Source: a bacterium
GTDB taxonomy: Bacteria > Patescibacteriota > Minisyncoccia > Phycocordibacterales > UBA2100
DNA length: 64,000 bases
Assembly (NCBI GenBank): GCA_038128225.1
Contig: JAYPJF010000001.1
Coordinates: 168,092-232,091 of the forward strand
Direction of reading: 5' to 3'
The number at the start of each line of letters is the position of its first letter. Position 1 is the first letter of the stretch. Below are positions 28,663-38,382 of the stretch, piece after piece. Both the position numbers and the translations under genes were made by a program. A model generated the notes under the pieces. That model was not told where the DNA came from. It saw nothing but the letters and a program-made list of their open reading frames with translations, and did not search any database.

Positions 28663-29748
28663 TTAAAATGGATTCTTGGCACCACGAATCTCGAAGTGAA
28701 GGTGGGGACCTGTAGAACGCCCGGTATTCCCGACATATCCAATGATCTGTCCCTGTACCACATGCTCACCTGCGCCAACGATTGTACGCGAGAGGTGTGC
28801 GTACAGTGTTTGAGTTCCATTATCGTGACGAATAACGATGTAATTTCCATAACCACCGTTCCAACCGCTTGATCGCGAAATAATCACGTCTCCCGTTGCC
28901 GATGCGAGTACTGGAGTCCCTATTGTCGCCCCCAAGTCAACTCCGTTATATCCGTGAATACCCTGCGTTTTCACCGCATTTGTAACTGGGCGCAAATAGT
29001 ACCCTGAATAGTTGGGAACCCCTGTTGTTCCGCGCACTGTGCTTGTAACCTTTTTAACAGGCTGCGGAATCGCGAGTACTCCATCAGGGACAATTACCAC
29101 CGTCCCTGCGGCGAGCTCTTGATCAGCGTCGATTCCGTTATAGAGCGCGGCTTCCTCAACGTCGCCGCCGTGTTTTTTAATGATATCCCGAATCGTGCCG
29201 CCTGATTTCACGGTATATCGAATACCTGTAACAGGAAGAATAACGAGCTGCTGCCCAGGTTGGATTGCCTGCCCTTTTTTAATGTCATTTGCCCACATGA
29301 TCGTGTTTACTGAAACATCAAACGCCTGAGCTATTCCTGAAAGAGTGTCGCCCTCACGAACAATATAGAGACTGATGTTGGTGTTCTTATTTGAGTTTTC
29401 TTCAATTTCAGCCGAGGTTCCGGAGGGTCCTTCACTTGAAAGCACTGCGGACTCATCAACAATGGTGATGTCACCGCCTCCTTTTGACGGGTTGGGGTCA
29501 ATATTCATCGCGGCCTTAGGAAGCGACATGGTCGCTACCGAGCTTCGATCAAGGCGATACGTTGCGGTATCTGCCTGAATGTTGCCGGTAAAAAACGAAA
29601 GTGCATGAGCAAACATTCCCGCTGATGCAATAGCAGGGGTAAAGGAGCTTACAAGCATTACCACAGGGATTACCGTGTGCACGGCCTGAAAAAGCTTTGA
29701 ATATGTCACCTTCGACGGGACGTCACTCACCGCCTTGGGATCACTCAA
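28663..29748 (-). CDS. LysM-domain M23-family metallopeptidase
   Basis: Two LysM repeats (YIVREGDTLSGIAQAF and YTVKSGGTIRDI) and an M23 domain (HxGVDL...GNTGRSTGPHLHFEI). Confidence 0.85.
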   Translation of the reverse strand: MSDPKAVSDVPSKVTYSKLFQAVHTVIPVVMLVSSFTPAIASAGMFAHALSFFTGNIQADTATYRLDRSSVATMSLPKAAMNIDPNPSKGGGDITIVDESAVLSSEGPSGTSAEIEENSNKNTNISLYIVREGDTLSGIAQAFDVSVNTIMWANDIKKGQAIQPGQQLVILPVTGIRYTVKSGGTIRDIIKKHGGDVEEAALYNGIDADQELAAGTVVIVPDGVLAIPQPVKKVTSTVRGTTGVPNYSGYYLRPVTNAVKTQGIHGYNGVDLGATIGTPVLASATGDVIISRSSGWNGGYGNYIVIRHDNGTQTLYAHLSRTIVGAGEHVVQGQIIGYVGNTGRSTGPHLHFEIRGAKNPF

Positions 29749-30006
29749 ATTGTTTAAAATAAGCCAATTTTTCGGGTACCGCCACCTATTTTCGGGGTAT
29801 TTCGCCTTATTTCAAGCGGAATTAACGGGAAATTCATCAATTGGTACCACGTAGGTATAACTGTAGTATCCGGGAGTCCTGAGTCAACAGCGTATTCACC
29901 ACACAAGTGAATACCGTATATGTCAAGTTTATTGGCCCCGAACGCAGGAAAGGGGCGCCACGGCCGAGACCGAGCGCCCCAAAGTACTGTCAGTTGCCGC
30001 TCTCGT

Positions 30007-30549
30007 TCACGAGAGAGCGCCACGCGCGACTTGCGTCGGGTTCTTGTTCCACGCCCCGATCACATACCCCGCGCCTCCGACGAACGCCGCCAAGATGGCG
30101 ATCGTGGCCGACGTCTGCTCGAAGAACTGCAGACTATTGCGCCCGTACTCGTACCCGACGAAGAGCGCGAGACCGACGGCCCATGCCGTGTTCGAGAGAA
30201 GGTCGAACACGAGGTCGAACGCCCTGGTCGCAAACTGCGCGGCCAGGATCTCGACCATGATGAAGCTGCCGCCGATCATGAAGAGAAGCAGCGTCCCTTC
30301 GCGGCTCGCCTCGGGGAGCCCGACCGAGGTCACGAGCTCCTGCTGGCTGGGAATGGACCAACCGAGCGCAAAGAGCAGCCCCGGGTAGGCGACCAAGATC
30401 GCCCTGAACACCCACCCGACGGTCACGAAGATGAACTTGATGGTGTTGTTCAGCCCCCTCATCACGATCCCCGTGACGAAGCCGAGCACCATCAGCCCAA
30501 GCACCGCGTACCCCACAAGGAGGGCGGCGTTATCCTGGATGTATTCCAT
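30007..30549 (-). CDS. Hypothetical polytopic membrane protein, GC-rich
   Basis: Five or six hydrophobic helices. The overlapping plus-strand ORF 29920..30729 is a low-complexity antisense artefact. Confidence 0.5.
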   Translation of the reverse strand: MEYIQDNAALLVGYAVLGLMVLGFVTGIVMRGLNNTIKFIFVTVGWVFRAILVAYPGLLFALGWSIPSQQELVTSVGLPEASREGTLLLFMIGGSFIMVEILAAQFATRAFDLVFDLLSNTAWAVGLALFVGYEYGRNSLQFFEQTSATIAILAAFVGGAGYVIGAWNKNPTQVARGALS

Positions 30550-30617
30550 GTGTATTCTCCGTTTGCAAACGGGGGGCCTACGCCCCGCCGCGGCAATCTA
30601 TACCACGGTACGGTTTA

Positions 30618-32585
30618 TTGGTCAAGGGTTTCGTGCGATCATGGTATAGTGCCTCGGTGCAGTACCTTAACGATCTCAATCCTGCCCAAAAAAAAGCTGC
30701 GCAGGCAACTACAGGCCCACTTCTCATAGTTGCGGGTGCCGGGGCAGGGAAAACAAAGACTATTACACACCGCATCGCACATCTTATAGTAGAAGGCGCG
30801 CCACCGGATTCAATCCTTGCAGTGACGTTCACCAACAAAGCCGCGCGTGAGATGCGCGAACGCGTTGAACGGCTTCTCGCAAAAATCCCGGAAACCCGCG
30901 CGCCTCTTTCGCTCTACGCAACACAGTCCGGTCCTCTCGTAACCACATTCCACTCTTTGTGCGTACGTATTCTTAGGGAACACGCCGCGAGTCTCAACCT
31001 GCCACGATCATTTTCGATATGGGATCGTGCCGATAGCGTACGCGCAATCAAACAGGCTCTTAAAGACGAGGGCTTTGGTGAAGAGTACGAGGCACGTTCA
31101 ATTCTCGGAAGTATTTCGCGAGCAAAAGGAGACGCGATTACCCGTGAAGAATACGAAACGAGAGTGCGGAATCCGTGGGAGCGCGCCGTCGCGCGTGTGT
31201 GGCGAGTGTACGAAACAGTACTCGCAAAAGAGCGCGCGCTCGACTTCGACGATTTACTTTTGAGCGCGCTTCGGCTTTTGAACAATCAAGAAATCCGACA
31301 AAAACTACAAACCCGTTGGAAACACATCACTATTGATGAATACCAAGACACCAATCGCGTGCAATTTGAGCTTGTGCGCATTCTCGCGGAACCAGAAAGG
31401 AACGTGTGCGCAGTGGGGGATGTTGATCAGAATATTTACAGCTGGCGCGGTGCGAGTATCGAACACTTACTCTCTTTTGAGCGCGTCTTTCCAGGAGCTC
31501 AAGTCGTACTACTTGAGGAGAACTACCGCTCTACGAAAACGATAGTTTCTGCGGCCCATGAAGTTATTTCCAAAAACTCGCAACGAGTCGACAAAAACGC
31601 CTTCACCAAAAACGAGGACGGCGATCCGCTAACGCTCTATCATGGGATCAGCGAGGAAGACGAGGCGCGGTACGTCGCGGAAAAGACCCAGGAATATATC
31701 CGCAGCGGAACCAAACCCGAGCATATTGCGGTGCTCTATCGCGCGAATTTCCAGTCGCGTGTTCTCGAAGACGCTTTCTTACAGGCACATATTCCATACC
31801 GTGTATTAGGAACTCGTTTTTTTGAGCGCAAAGAGATTAAAGACGTACTCTCGTACATTCGCGCCGCGCTCAACCCACATTCAAGTGGCGATATCGCGCG
31901 TGCCGTTGGTGCGCCAGCACGCGGTATTGGCAAAGCGACGCTTGCGAAAATGCTCGAAGAGAATCTCGACGCGCTCGCACCTGCTGCGCGCAGAAAAACA
32001 GAGGTGTTTTATGCCCTCCTATCGGATATCCGCGTCCAAACCCAAACACAACCAGCGTCGTCTGTCGTTCAGTATGTAATTGAAAAAAGCGGCCTAGGTA
32101 CTTCGTACAAGACAGGCGGAGAAGATGGTTTGGAGCGCCTACAAAATGTGACCGAACTGGTGTCACTCGCACAAAAATATAACTCTTTTCCTTCACCAGA
32201 AGGGGTCGAGCAGCTTCTTGAAGACGCTGCCTTGCTTGGAGAACAAGACGAGCTCGAGCGTGCCCAAAGCGCCGTTGCGCTTATGACTGTTCACGCCGCA
32301 AAAGGTCTTGAATTTAATGTTGTTTTTATCACCGGACTTGAAGAAGGCCTTTTCCCGCACGAACGTTTCGACGAGCACGCTGACGAAGAAGAAGAGCGCC
32401 GCCTATTTTATGTTGCTCTTACTCGCGCGCGGCAAAAAGTCTTCCTTTCGTATGCAAAAACGCGATTTGTGTATGGGTCTCGCGCGATAACTATCCCGTC
32501 TCAGTTTCTAGGAGATATTGATCCAGGAAAAATCGTGCACGAGGAGCCACGTCTTTCGGTGTGGGATGAGCCAACGATTAGTTAG
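30618..32585 (+). CDS. pcrA: ATP-dependent DNA helicase PcrA/UvrD. A GTG start at 30657 is plausible.
   Basis: SF1 helicase motifs: GAGAGKTKT, TFTNKAAREM, DEYQDTN and the VHAAKGLEF block. Confidence 0.9.
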   Translation: MVKGFVRSWYSASVQYLNDLNPAQKKAAQATTGPLLIVAGAGAGKTKTITHRIAHLIVEGAPPDSILAVTFTNKAAREMRERVERLLAKIPETRAPLSLYATQSGPLVTTFHSLCVRILREHAASLNLPRSFSIWDRADSVRAIKQALKDEGFGEEYEARSILGSISRAKGDAITREEYETRVRNPWERAVARVWRVYETVLAKERALDFDDLLLSALRLLNNQEIRQKLQTRWKHITIDEYQDTNRVQFELVRILAEPERNVCAVGDVDQNIYSWRGASIEHLLSFERVFPGAQVVLLEENYRSTKTIVSAAHEVISKNSQRVDKNAFTKNEDGDPLTLYHGISEEDEARYVAEKTQEYIRSGTKPEHIAVLYRANFQSRVLEDAFLQAHIPYRVLGTRFFERKEIKDVLSYIRAALNPHSSGDIARAVGAPARGIGKATLAKMLEENLDALAPAARRKTEVFYALLSDIRVQTQTQPASSVVQYVIEKSGLGTSYKTGGEDGLERLQNVTELVSLAQKYNSFPSPEGVEQLLEDAALLGEQDELERAQSAVALMTVHAAKGLEFNVVFITGLEEGLFPHERFDEHADEEEERRLFYVALTRARQKVFLSYAKTRFVYGSRAITIPSQFLGDIDPGKIVHEEPRLSVWDEPTIS

Positions 32586-33063
32586 TTTCGTCAGCAGGAA
32601 AGCTGTCCTGATTTTGCGCTTCCGTATCTTCTCGTGACGCAAGTTCTTCTTCGGCAAGACGCGCATGCTTCTTAAGTTTCAAAAAAAGCCAAAGCATGGA
32701 TAGTGTATACACAGGCGCAATACTTAATCCAGGAATGAGCTCAAAAAATGTCGCGCCGAAAATTGCCAAACGCACTTTCCAGCGAATAAACCCCCCTACA
32801 TGCCAAAGCATGAAATTCAGAATGATGAGTACAGTGAACTTAACGAATACAGTTATTAGAATAGCAAAAATGATGCCGCCAAAGGGAAACAAATACATGG
32901 GGGCGATAATATAGTCGAAAAAATCAATAAAAATCCCCAGTCCAATCGCGAAAAAAGGAGCAAGTCGACTCCCGTCTTCGATAGCCTTGAGAAGTTCTTC
33001 ACCGCTACGCTCGCCAAATTCAGCAAGTTCTTCCCTAAAAATCGGTGGCGTGTCTCGATCCAC
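32578..33063 (-). CDS. Hypothetical membrane protein
   Basis: Three hydrophobic helices. Confidence 0.45.
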   Translation of the reverse strand: MDRDTPPIFREELAEFGERSGEELLKAIEDGSRLAPFFAIGLGIFIDFFDYIIAPMYLFPFGGIIFAILITVFVKFTVLIILNFMLWHVGGFIRWKVRLAIFGATFFELIPGLSIAPVYTLSMLWLFLKLKKHARLAEEELASREDTEAQNQDSFPADETN

Positions 33064-33860
33064 TCACGTATCATAGCATCGTGAAAAAACCGAGACTGGG
33101 GCAGCATTTTTTGAAAGCACGATTCGCACTACATACCTTAGTGCACGCAGCGCGCATTGCGCCAACAGACACAGTGCTTGAAGTTGGACCCGGTACTGGA
33201 AATCTCACCACCGTATTACTTGCGAACGCGAAGCGGGTGATCGCGATCGAAAAGGACCCTGCGCTCATCACGGTGTTGCGCGAACGGTTCCCTGATGCAA
33301 TTAGAGAACAGAAGCTCCTACTTTTCGAGGGCGACATCCGAGACGTTGACCTACAAACATTCGGTACGCGCGACCATGAGTACATTCTCGCAGCAAACAT
33401 TCCGTACTATATTACAGGCGAAATTATCCGAATGTTTTTAACGAACAAAGTACAGCCAAGTCGCGCCGCACTCCTCATACAAAAAGAGGTTGCGCAGCGG
33501 ATTGCGCGGTCAAAAAAAGAAAGTATTCTGTCCCTTTCTGTGAAAGTGTTCGGAACGCCACGCTACATCAAAACGGTTCCCGCTCGGTCGTTTTCACCTC
33601 CTCCAAAAGTTGATTCTGCGATCTTGCTCATTGACGAAATTTCGCGTACCCATCTCACCGAAGTTTCTGAGGAGCGTTTTTTCAAGCTAGTGAAAGCGGG
33701 GTTTTCAAGCAAGAGAAAGAAACTTGCCGGCAACTTAAAAACAATCAGTGATAAAGGCAAAATTACCGAGGCTTTTTTAACATGTGGTGTTCCTGAAAAT
33801 GCTCGCGCCGAAGACGTGCCTCTTTCTGCCTGGCAGTGCCTTGCGCGGAAAATCTCCTGA
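33045..33860 (+). CDS. rsmA: 16S rRNA (adenine1518/1519-N6)-dimethyltransferase
   Basis: Motifs LGQHFL, VLEVGPGTGNLT and NIPYYIT. Confidence 0.85.
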   Translation: MACLDPLTYHSIVKKPRLGQHFLKARFALHTLVHAARIAPTDTVLEVGPGTGNLTTVLLANAKRVIAIEKDPALITVLRERFPDAIREQKLLLFEGDIRDVDLQTFGTRDHEYILAANIPYYITGEIIRMFLTNKVQPSRAALLIQKEVAQRIARSKKESILSLSVKVFGTPRYIKTVPARSFSPPPKVDSAILLIDEISRTHLTEVSEERFFKLVKAGFSSKRKKLAGNLKTISDKGKITEAFLTCGVPENARAEDVPLSAWQCLARKIS

Positions 33861-34193
33861 CTACTGAGAACTCCCCATCATATCGATATGGGTACCCGGC
33901 CACACAGTAAGTGGTTGAATGTACGCGATACAAAAATAAGGAACACTCGCAAGCCCTAAAAGCCATTGTCCCGCATGGTTTGGTGGCCCAAAAAGATATG
34001 TTTTTGTTGACTTAGACCAGATATATGGACCTCCAATCGGTGGCCCCAAGAGCGCGTAAATCACTTGATTATAACAAGGGTGCACTAGCGAAGCCTGGCC
34101 GCCGAAAGGAAATGCGTGTGATACGGCTGGAGTCCACATTAACATTACGAGCAGAAGTAGTATCACGAGCCCAACGCGCATATTTGTAAACAT
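33861..34193 (-). CDS. Small secreted hypothetical protein
   Basis: Signal peptide MRVGLVILLLLVMLMWTPAVSHA. Confidence 0.4.
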   Translation of the reverse strand: MFTNMRVGLVILLLLVMLMWTPAVSHAFPFGGQASLVHPCYNQVIYALLGPPIGGPYIWSKSTKTYLFGPPNHAGQWLLGLASVPYFCIAYIQPLTVWPGTHIDMMGSSQ

Positions 34194-34244
34194 ACATGCA
34201 TTATAGATGTTCGGTAGCTCTTTCGTGCATGATACAGTGGATAG

Positions 34245-35180
34245 GTGGAGTGGTTACGCACACATCCGATCACCGCAACTCTCTTAGGGACACTTGCGCT
34301 CGCCGTGATTGGCGGCGTGTTTGTGGCGAACCGGCTCGCCGTCGATCCAGGAGCCTCGTACGGATCATGGAATCTCAGTGGGGCAGGAAAATTTAACCCA
34401 TCAGTTGGTGGAACCATGGTTTTTGGAACCGCGCCAGAACAATACTCTGAAGATGACTTGCGGTCGTTGCTGGAAACAACTCAAGGACCAACCTACGCTT
34501 CTTTGGTTCCGCAGAATACCGAAACCACGGGGAGCGCTAACGGTTTATCATTACAAGACGACGGCACGTATATTATTGATGACCTTGAGGCGCTTTTTTC
34601 GCGCCTCGCACCCACTGCGCAAATTATTAAACCTGCTAACACGGATGAGGAGCAGACTCTTTCCGATGTGTATGCATATGTACCATCTGGGATTGCCGGA
34701 ACATCTTCACCGCAAAAAGTAAAAACGCGCGCCCAAACAGATCTTTATAATTATGGAAATGATGCTGGTTCGTATATTGAAACGTACTATGAAAATTGGG
34801 GACGAGATCAAGCGCAGATACTGAAACGCTTTTTCGAGGATCGTACAAGCCCTAAAAAACGCGAGGAGGCACAAAAGATCGCCAGCGCCCTGGTTCAAAC
34901 CGGAAAACAGCTGCAGGCAGTGACTACTATCCCACAAACGATGGCGAATGCCCATGCGTCACTTGCTCAAAACTACATCGACGTAGGCACTGCGCTTACC
35001 CCCGTACTCACTGCGCAAGACGATGCGGATGTTATAGCGACAATCGGCACGTACAATCAAACCGCAGAACTCTTTGCTAAATCATTCATTCAGGTCGCAA
35101 ACATTTTTCGCGCGTACGAGGTTACTTTTGCAGATACAGAACCTGGTCACGTTTTTGTGTTTAAGAATGCCGCACTGTAA
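34245..35180 (+). CDS. Hypothetical N-terminally anchored protein, first gene of the T4SS-like cluster and a paralog of 35237..36115
   Basis: One TM helix. The C-terminal domain resembles that of the next ORF. Confidence 0.5.
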   Translation: MEWLRTHPITATLLGTLALAVIGGVFVANRLAVDPGASYGSWNLSGAGKFNPSVGGTMVFGTAPEQYSEDDLRSLLETTQGPTYASLVPQNTETTGSANGLSLQDDGTYIIDDLEALFSRLAPTAQIIKPANTDEEQTLSDVYAYVPSGIAGTSSPQKVKTRAQTDLYNYGNDAGSYIETYYENWGRDQAQILKRFFEDRTSPKKREEAQKIASALVQTGKQLQAVTTIPQTMANAHASLAQNYIDVGTALTPVLTAQDDADVIATIGTYNQTAELFAKSFIQVANIFRAYEVTFADTEPGHVFVFKNAAL

Positions 35181-35236
35181 AAAACCTATTCACGCCCGTT
35201 GATTCTGAGCGTGCGCGCCCTTGATATACTACATAT

Positions 35237-36115
35237 GTGGACCACGAGCCTCGTAGCGCTACGCGTTTGCTTTTTATCGTTGCCGCACTTTCGATTGCGG
35301 GGCTACTCGCGGGTTTTGGTGCCACACTCGGAAAATACCGCGCCCCTGTCGCATCGGTAACTCCAACATGGGTATCCGCAACAAAGACTTTTGAGGAAAT
35401 CGACACTGATGGTGATACACTCCCCGACTGGCAGGAGACGCTGTTAGGGACCGATCCTGATAACATCGACTCGGATGGAGACGGAAAAACAGACTCCTTT
35501 GAGCCGCGCGCCAGTTTAGCCCTCAAAGCGAGCGCGGTCTCTGCGCCCAAATCGGTCACTGATGCCGCCGCGGAACGTCTCGTGCGCCAGTACTTAACAC
35601 TAAAACAAGCAAATGCATACACGCCAGAACGCGGAGAGCAGATCGCCTCAGGTCTTATTGAAAGCATTTATGCAACAGTTGCCTTTGAGCCATTCAACGA
35701 GAGCAGTCTCACGCTGGTGCCTGCGAATAAAGAGAGTGTACTCATGTACCAAGAGCGCTTTCGTGACACGATGGCCGCGTTCCTTGACCTTCAAGGCTCA
35801 GAAATTGCTTTGTTTGGAGAATATGCGAATACAAAAAATGAATACTACCTCGCGCAGCTTGAAGGGCGCGCTTCGTTATATGAATCAGTGGCACAAAAAA
35901 TACTTGCGATCCCAACACCCAACGACATGGCAGCCGAACACCTTGAGGTCGTGAATGGTCTTGCGTACTTTGGTGCTGTATTGCGCGACCTCGCACGGTT
36001 TGGCAGAGACCCGCTCACAGCACTTTCTCTTTTGCGCGCATACAACGAGGCGGAAGAGTATGTCGGGAGTACATTCACTGCACTTTCTTCTCGTCTAAAT
36101 ACACAACAGCTATGA
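35237..36115 (+). CDS. Hypothetical N-terminally anchored protein with a Ca-binding-like D-x-D-G-D repeat
   Basis: Motif DTDGDTLPDWQE...DPDNIDSDGDGKTDSFE. Confidence 0.5.
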   Translation: MDHEPRSATRLLFIVAALSIAGLLAGFGATLGKYRAPVASVTPTWVSATKTFEEIDTDGDTLPDWQETLLGTDPDNIDSDGDGKTDSFEPRASLALKASAVSAPKSVTDAAAERLVRQYLTLKQANAYTPERGEQIASGLIESIYATVAFEPFNESSLTLVPANKESVLMYQERFRDTMAAFLDLQGSEIALFGEYANTKNEYYLAQLEGRASLYESVAQKILAIPTPNDMAAEHLEVVNGLAYFGAVLRDLARFGRDPLTALSLLRAYNEAEEYVGSTFTALSSRLNTQQL

Positions 36116-38379
36116 GTAAATTCGTATACATACCCGCATTGCTGCTCTTAAGCATCCCGATGTGGGTATCCGCTGCGGTCACTTTGGACACAGTGCCGAC
36201 AGATGGTTTCGATATGTCAGGCACTGCTCCTCCGGGGTCAACGGTTACTATCGTGGGCCGCACAAGTCGCGCAACATGTCAGACAACGGCGGATACTAAC
36301 GGCCGCTATACATGTAGCTCGTTCGATCGATCACCCCAAGACGGTGAGACCCTTGAACTCCAGTCAATTGAGAACGGCGTTCGCTCTCCAATAACAGAAA
36401 TCGGAAATGGCGTCCAATTAACTGACGCCTCCCGGGAACGATATAACTTTCAACGCGAAGGAGTTTTTGGATGCGCCGCGGGCGCGTACGCAATGCCTGT
36501 GGGAACACTGCGAGCGATCAGTGGCGTATACGTCCCCGTGAACGACGCCGCGGTAACACTTAATACAGGGTATCTGGTTTACAAAGAGTGCGTGCTGGAC
36601 GGAGTTGTGCGCTCAACAGCTGAGTCGGCAACTGCTGCATTGTCCACAGGGGGGCTTCGCTGGCTCAATGAAGGGAGAAACGGGAACACCCAGTTTATTT
36701 CAAATCAGGAAGCTGAAAAACTCGCCCTTGCTGACAAGAAATATCTTGAGTTTTTGAGAGAATACCGAACCAATGCGCTTTGTGAACCATTCCAACAACG
36801 TGGTCGTGTCGCCGTCGCGAAAATGTACCTGACCCGCCGTGACCCAACAGCCGCATTCCAGTGTACAGCGCCGGTAAACGGCGCCGACCTTGAGACATGT
36901 ATCACTGTAGGAGATGACTTGCGTACCTGCGGAGGCCTACCAGGGTTTATTAAACTTGTACGTGATTCAAATAATAACCCTCTCTTTGCCGCTTTGGCAC
37001 TTGATCGAGAAGCAGCAAATCAGTCGGTTCGTCGCATACAAGATGTCTGGGATCAACTGGATTGGAGCGGTGGCATTTTGCCGCTCGAGGAAGTTGTTTC
37101 AACGGCAACCGAAACAGGGGAGGACCATTTGGAATATCGAACACTTACCCCGGGGTTTCTCATTGCTGCAGCGATGGAGCAGTTCACCACATCGGGGTTT
37201 AGGCAACTTGAAAGCGCCTCTGAAATTGATCAGATTGTTGGTGCGCTTTTTTCTGGTCTCACCACACAAATCGTTGCTGACGCCCGCGGCTTATCTGGGC
37301 TTACAGAAAGTAAAGGAGGACAGGCTCCATACCTTAATCGTCTTACAGCAGAGTCGTCTGCCCGCGTACGCACAGGGGCAACGAACGCCGCTTTAAGCGT
37401 CCTTGGTTCTTCGCTCGAAGCGGAAAATCAATATAACCAGGTCAAAAAGTCCACAATTCAAGAACTCGAACGTTCGATAGCTCGCCTCAAGGCAGCAGAA
37501 GATGCGTGCTGGAATCTTTTAATACCCGCAGTTCAGGCTATTGCACGAGAGTGTGTGCGCACAGAAACAAGCACCAACACGCAAGGAGAGCAAGTAACAA
37601 CATGCGTTGAATACCGGACGATTCCGCTTGCCATTTCAACCTCGACACGCAGGATCACCGAGGGCGTGGTTGCGCTTTCAGTATCGGCAAGTACCACGCT
37701 TCAAGCCGGAGCCTCACTTGCATTCACGGTTCCGCAAAACACTCTCATGAGCAGCGGCTCGCTCGGATTAACAACTGCTTCTGCAGGCGAACTTGGCCCC
37801 GGAACTAATGTTGGCCTTCCAATAAGCGGGACCGTTGCGCCAAGCCCTGGTGGCCGGGCGACGCTCTCGGTAGGGTCGTTTTCGTTCTTTAGTGGCGGCT
37901 CTCTTTCTTTTGATTTGTTCCAGGGGGCTTCGCTCCCTTTGGGTGAAGTGCGTTTTCCTGTGACCGCAGTGTACCCATACACAATAGCCGTCGCGCTTTC
38001 AGTTGAAATTGCCCGATTGTATTCGGACGATGTTGCGCAAGATAGCATCAACCCGCTTCTCAATACTATTCGAACCGATGTACGAAAGTCTGACGAAGCG
38101 ATCGTGTTGCTGCAACGTTTGGTAAACGATGTACGAAACACGTCATCGCAAACCGTGCAACGTCTTGCGCTTGAACGACTCGATACTCTAATTTCCCAAG
38201 GCACTGTTCACACCGCGTATGATGTAAAATCAGCACAATCTCAAAACGAGAGCGTTAAAAATGCTATGGAGGATCTTGTAAAAACCACGATCGAAGAGTG
38301 GGGCACGGGCAGTGGGTGGTGCAACGCTGAAAATCCTACCGTGGTCCAAATGTGGCTCGACCGCTGGCGCGCCGATTAG
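36112..38379 (+). CDS. Large secreted protein (755 aa), a candidate surface or adhesin component of the T4SS-like cluster
   Basis: Signal peptide MSKFVYIPALLLLSIPMWVSAAV. No recognisable catalytic motifs. Confidence 0.55.
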   Translation: MSKFVYIPALLLLSIPMWVSAAVTLDTVPTDGFDMSGTAPPGSTVTIVGRTSRATCQTTADTNGRYTCSSFDRSPQDGETLELQSIENGVRSPITEIGNGVQLTDASRERYNFQREGVFGCAAGAYAMPVGTLRAISGVYVPVNDAAVTLNTGYLVYKECVLDGVVRSTAESATAALSTGGLRWLNEGRNGNTQFISNQEAEKLALADKKYLEFLREYRTNALCEPFQQRGRVAVAKMYLTRRDPTAAFQCTAPVNGADLETCITVGDDLRTCGGLPGFIKLVRDSNNNPLFAALALDREAANQSVRRIQDVWDQLDWSGGILPLEEVVSTATETGEDHLEYRTLTPGFLIAAAMEQFTTSGFRQLESASEIDQIVGALFSGLTTQIVADARGLSGLTESKGGQAPYLNRLTAESSARVRTGATNAALSVLGSSLEAENQYNQVKKSTIQELERSIARLKAAEDACWNLLIPAVQAIARECVRTETSTNTQGEQVTTCVEYRTIPLAISTSTRRITEGVVALSVSASTTLQAGASLAFTVPQNTLMSSGSLGLTTASAGELGPGTNVGLPISGTVAPSPGGRATLSVGSFSFFSGGSLSFDLFQGASLPLGEVRFPVTAVYPYTIAVALSVEIARLYSDDVAQDSINPLLNTIRTDVRKSDEAIVLLQRLVNDVRNTSSQTVQRLALERLDTLISQGTVHTAYDVKSAQSQNESVKNAMEDLVKTTIEEWGTGSGWCNAENPTVVQMWLDRWRAD

Positions 38380-38382
38380 AAT

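Noticed and set aside
29920-30729. 269-aa plus-strand ORF
   Set aside because: It is a low-complexity R/D/E/P/H-rich translation antisense to a convincing multi-helix membrane protein in GC-rich DNA. This is a typical shadow ORF.
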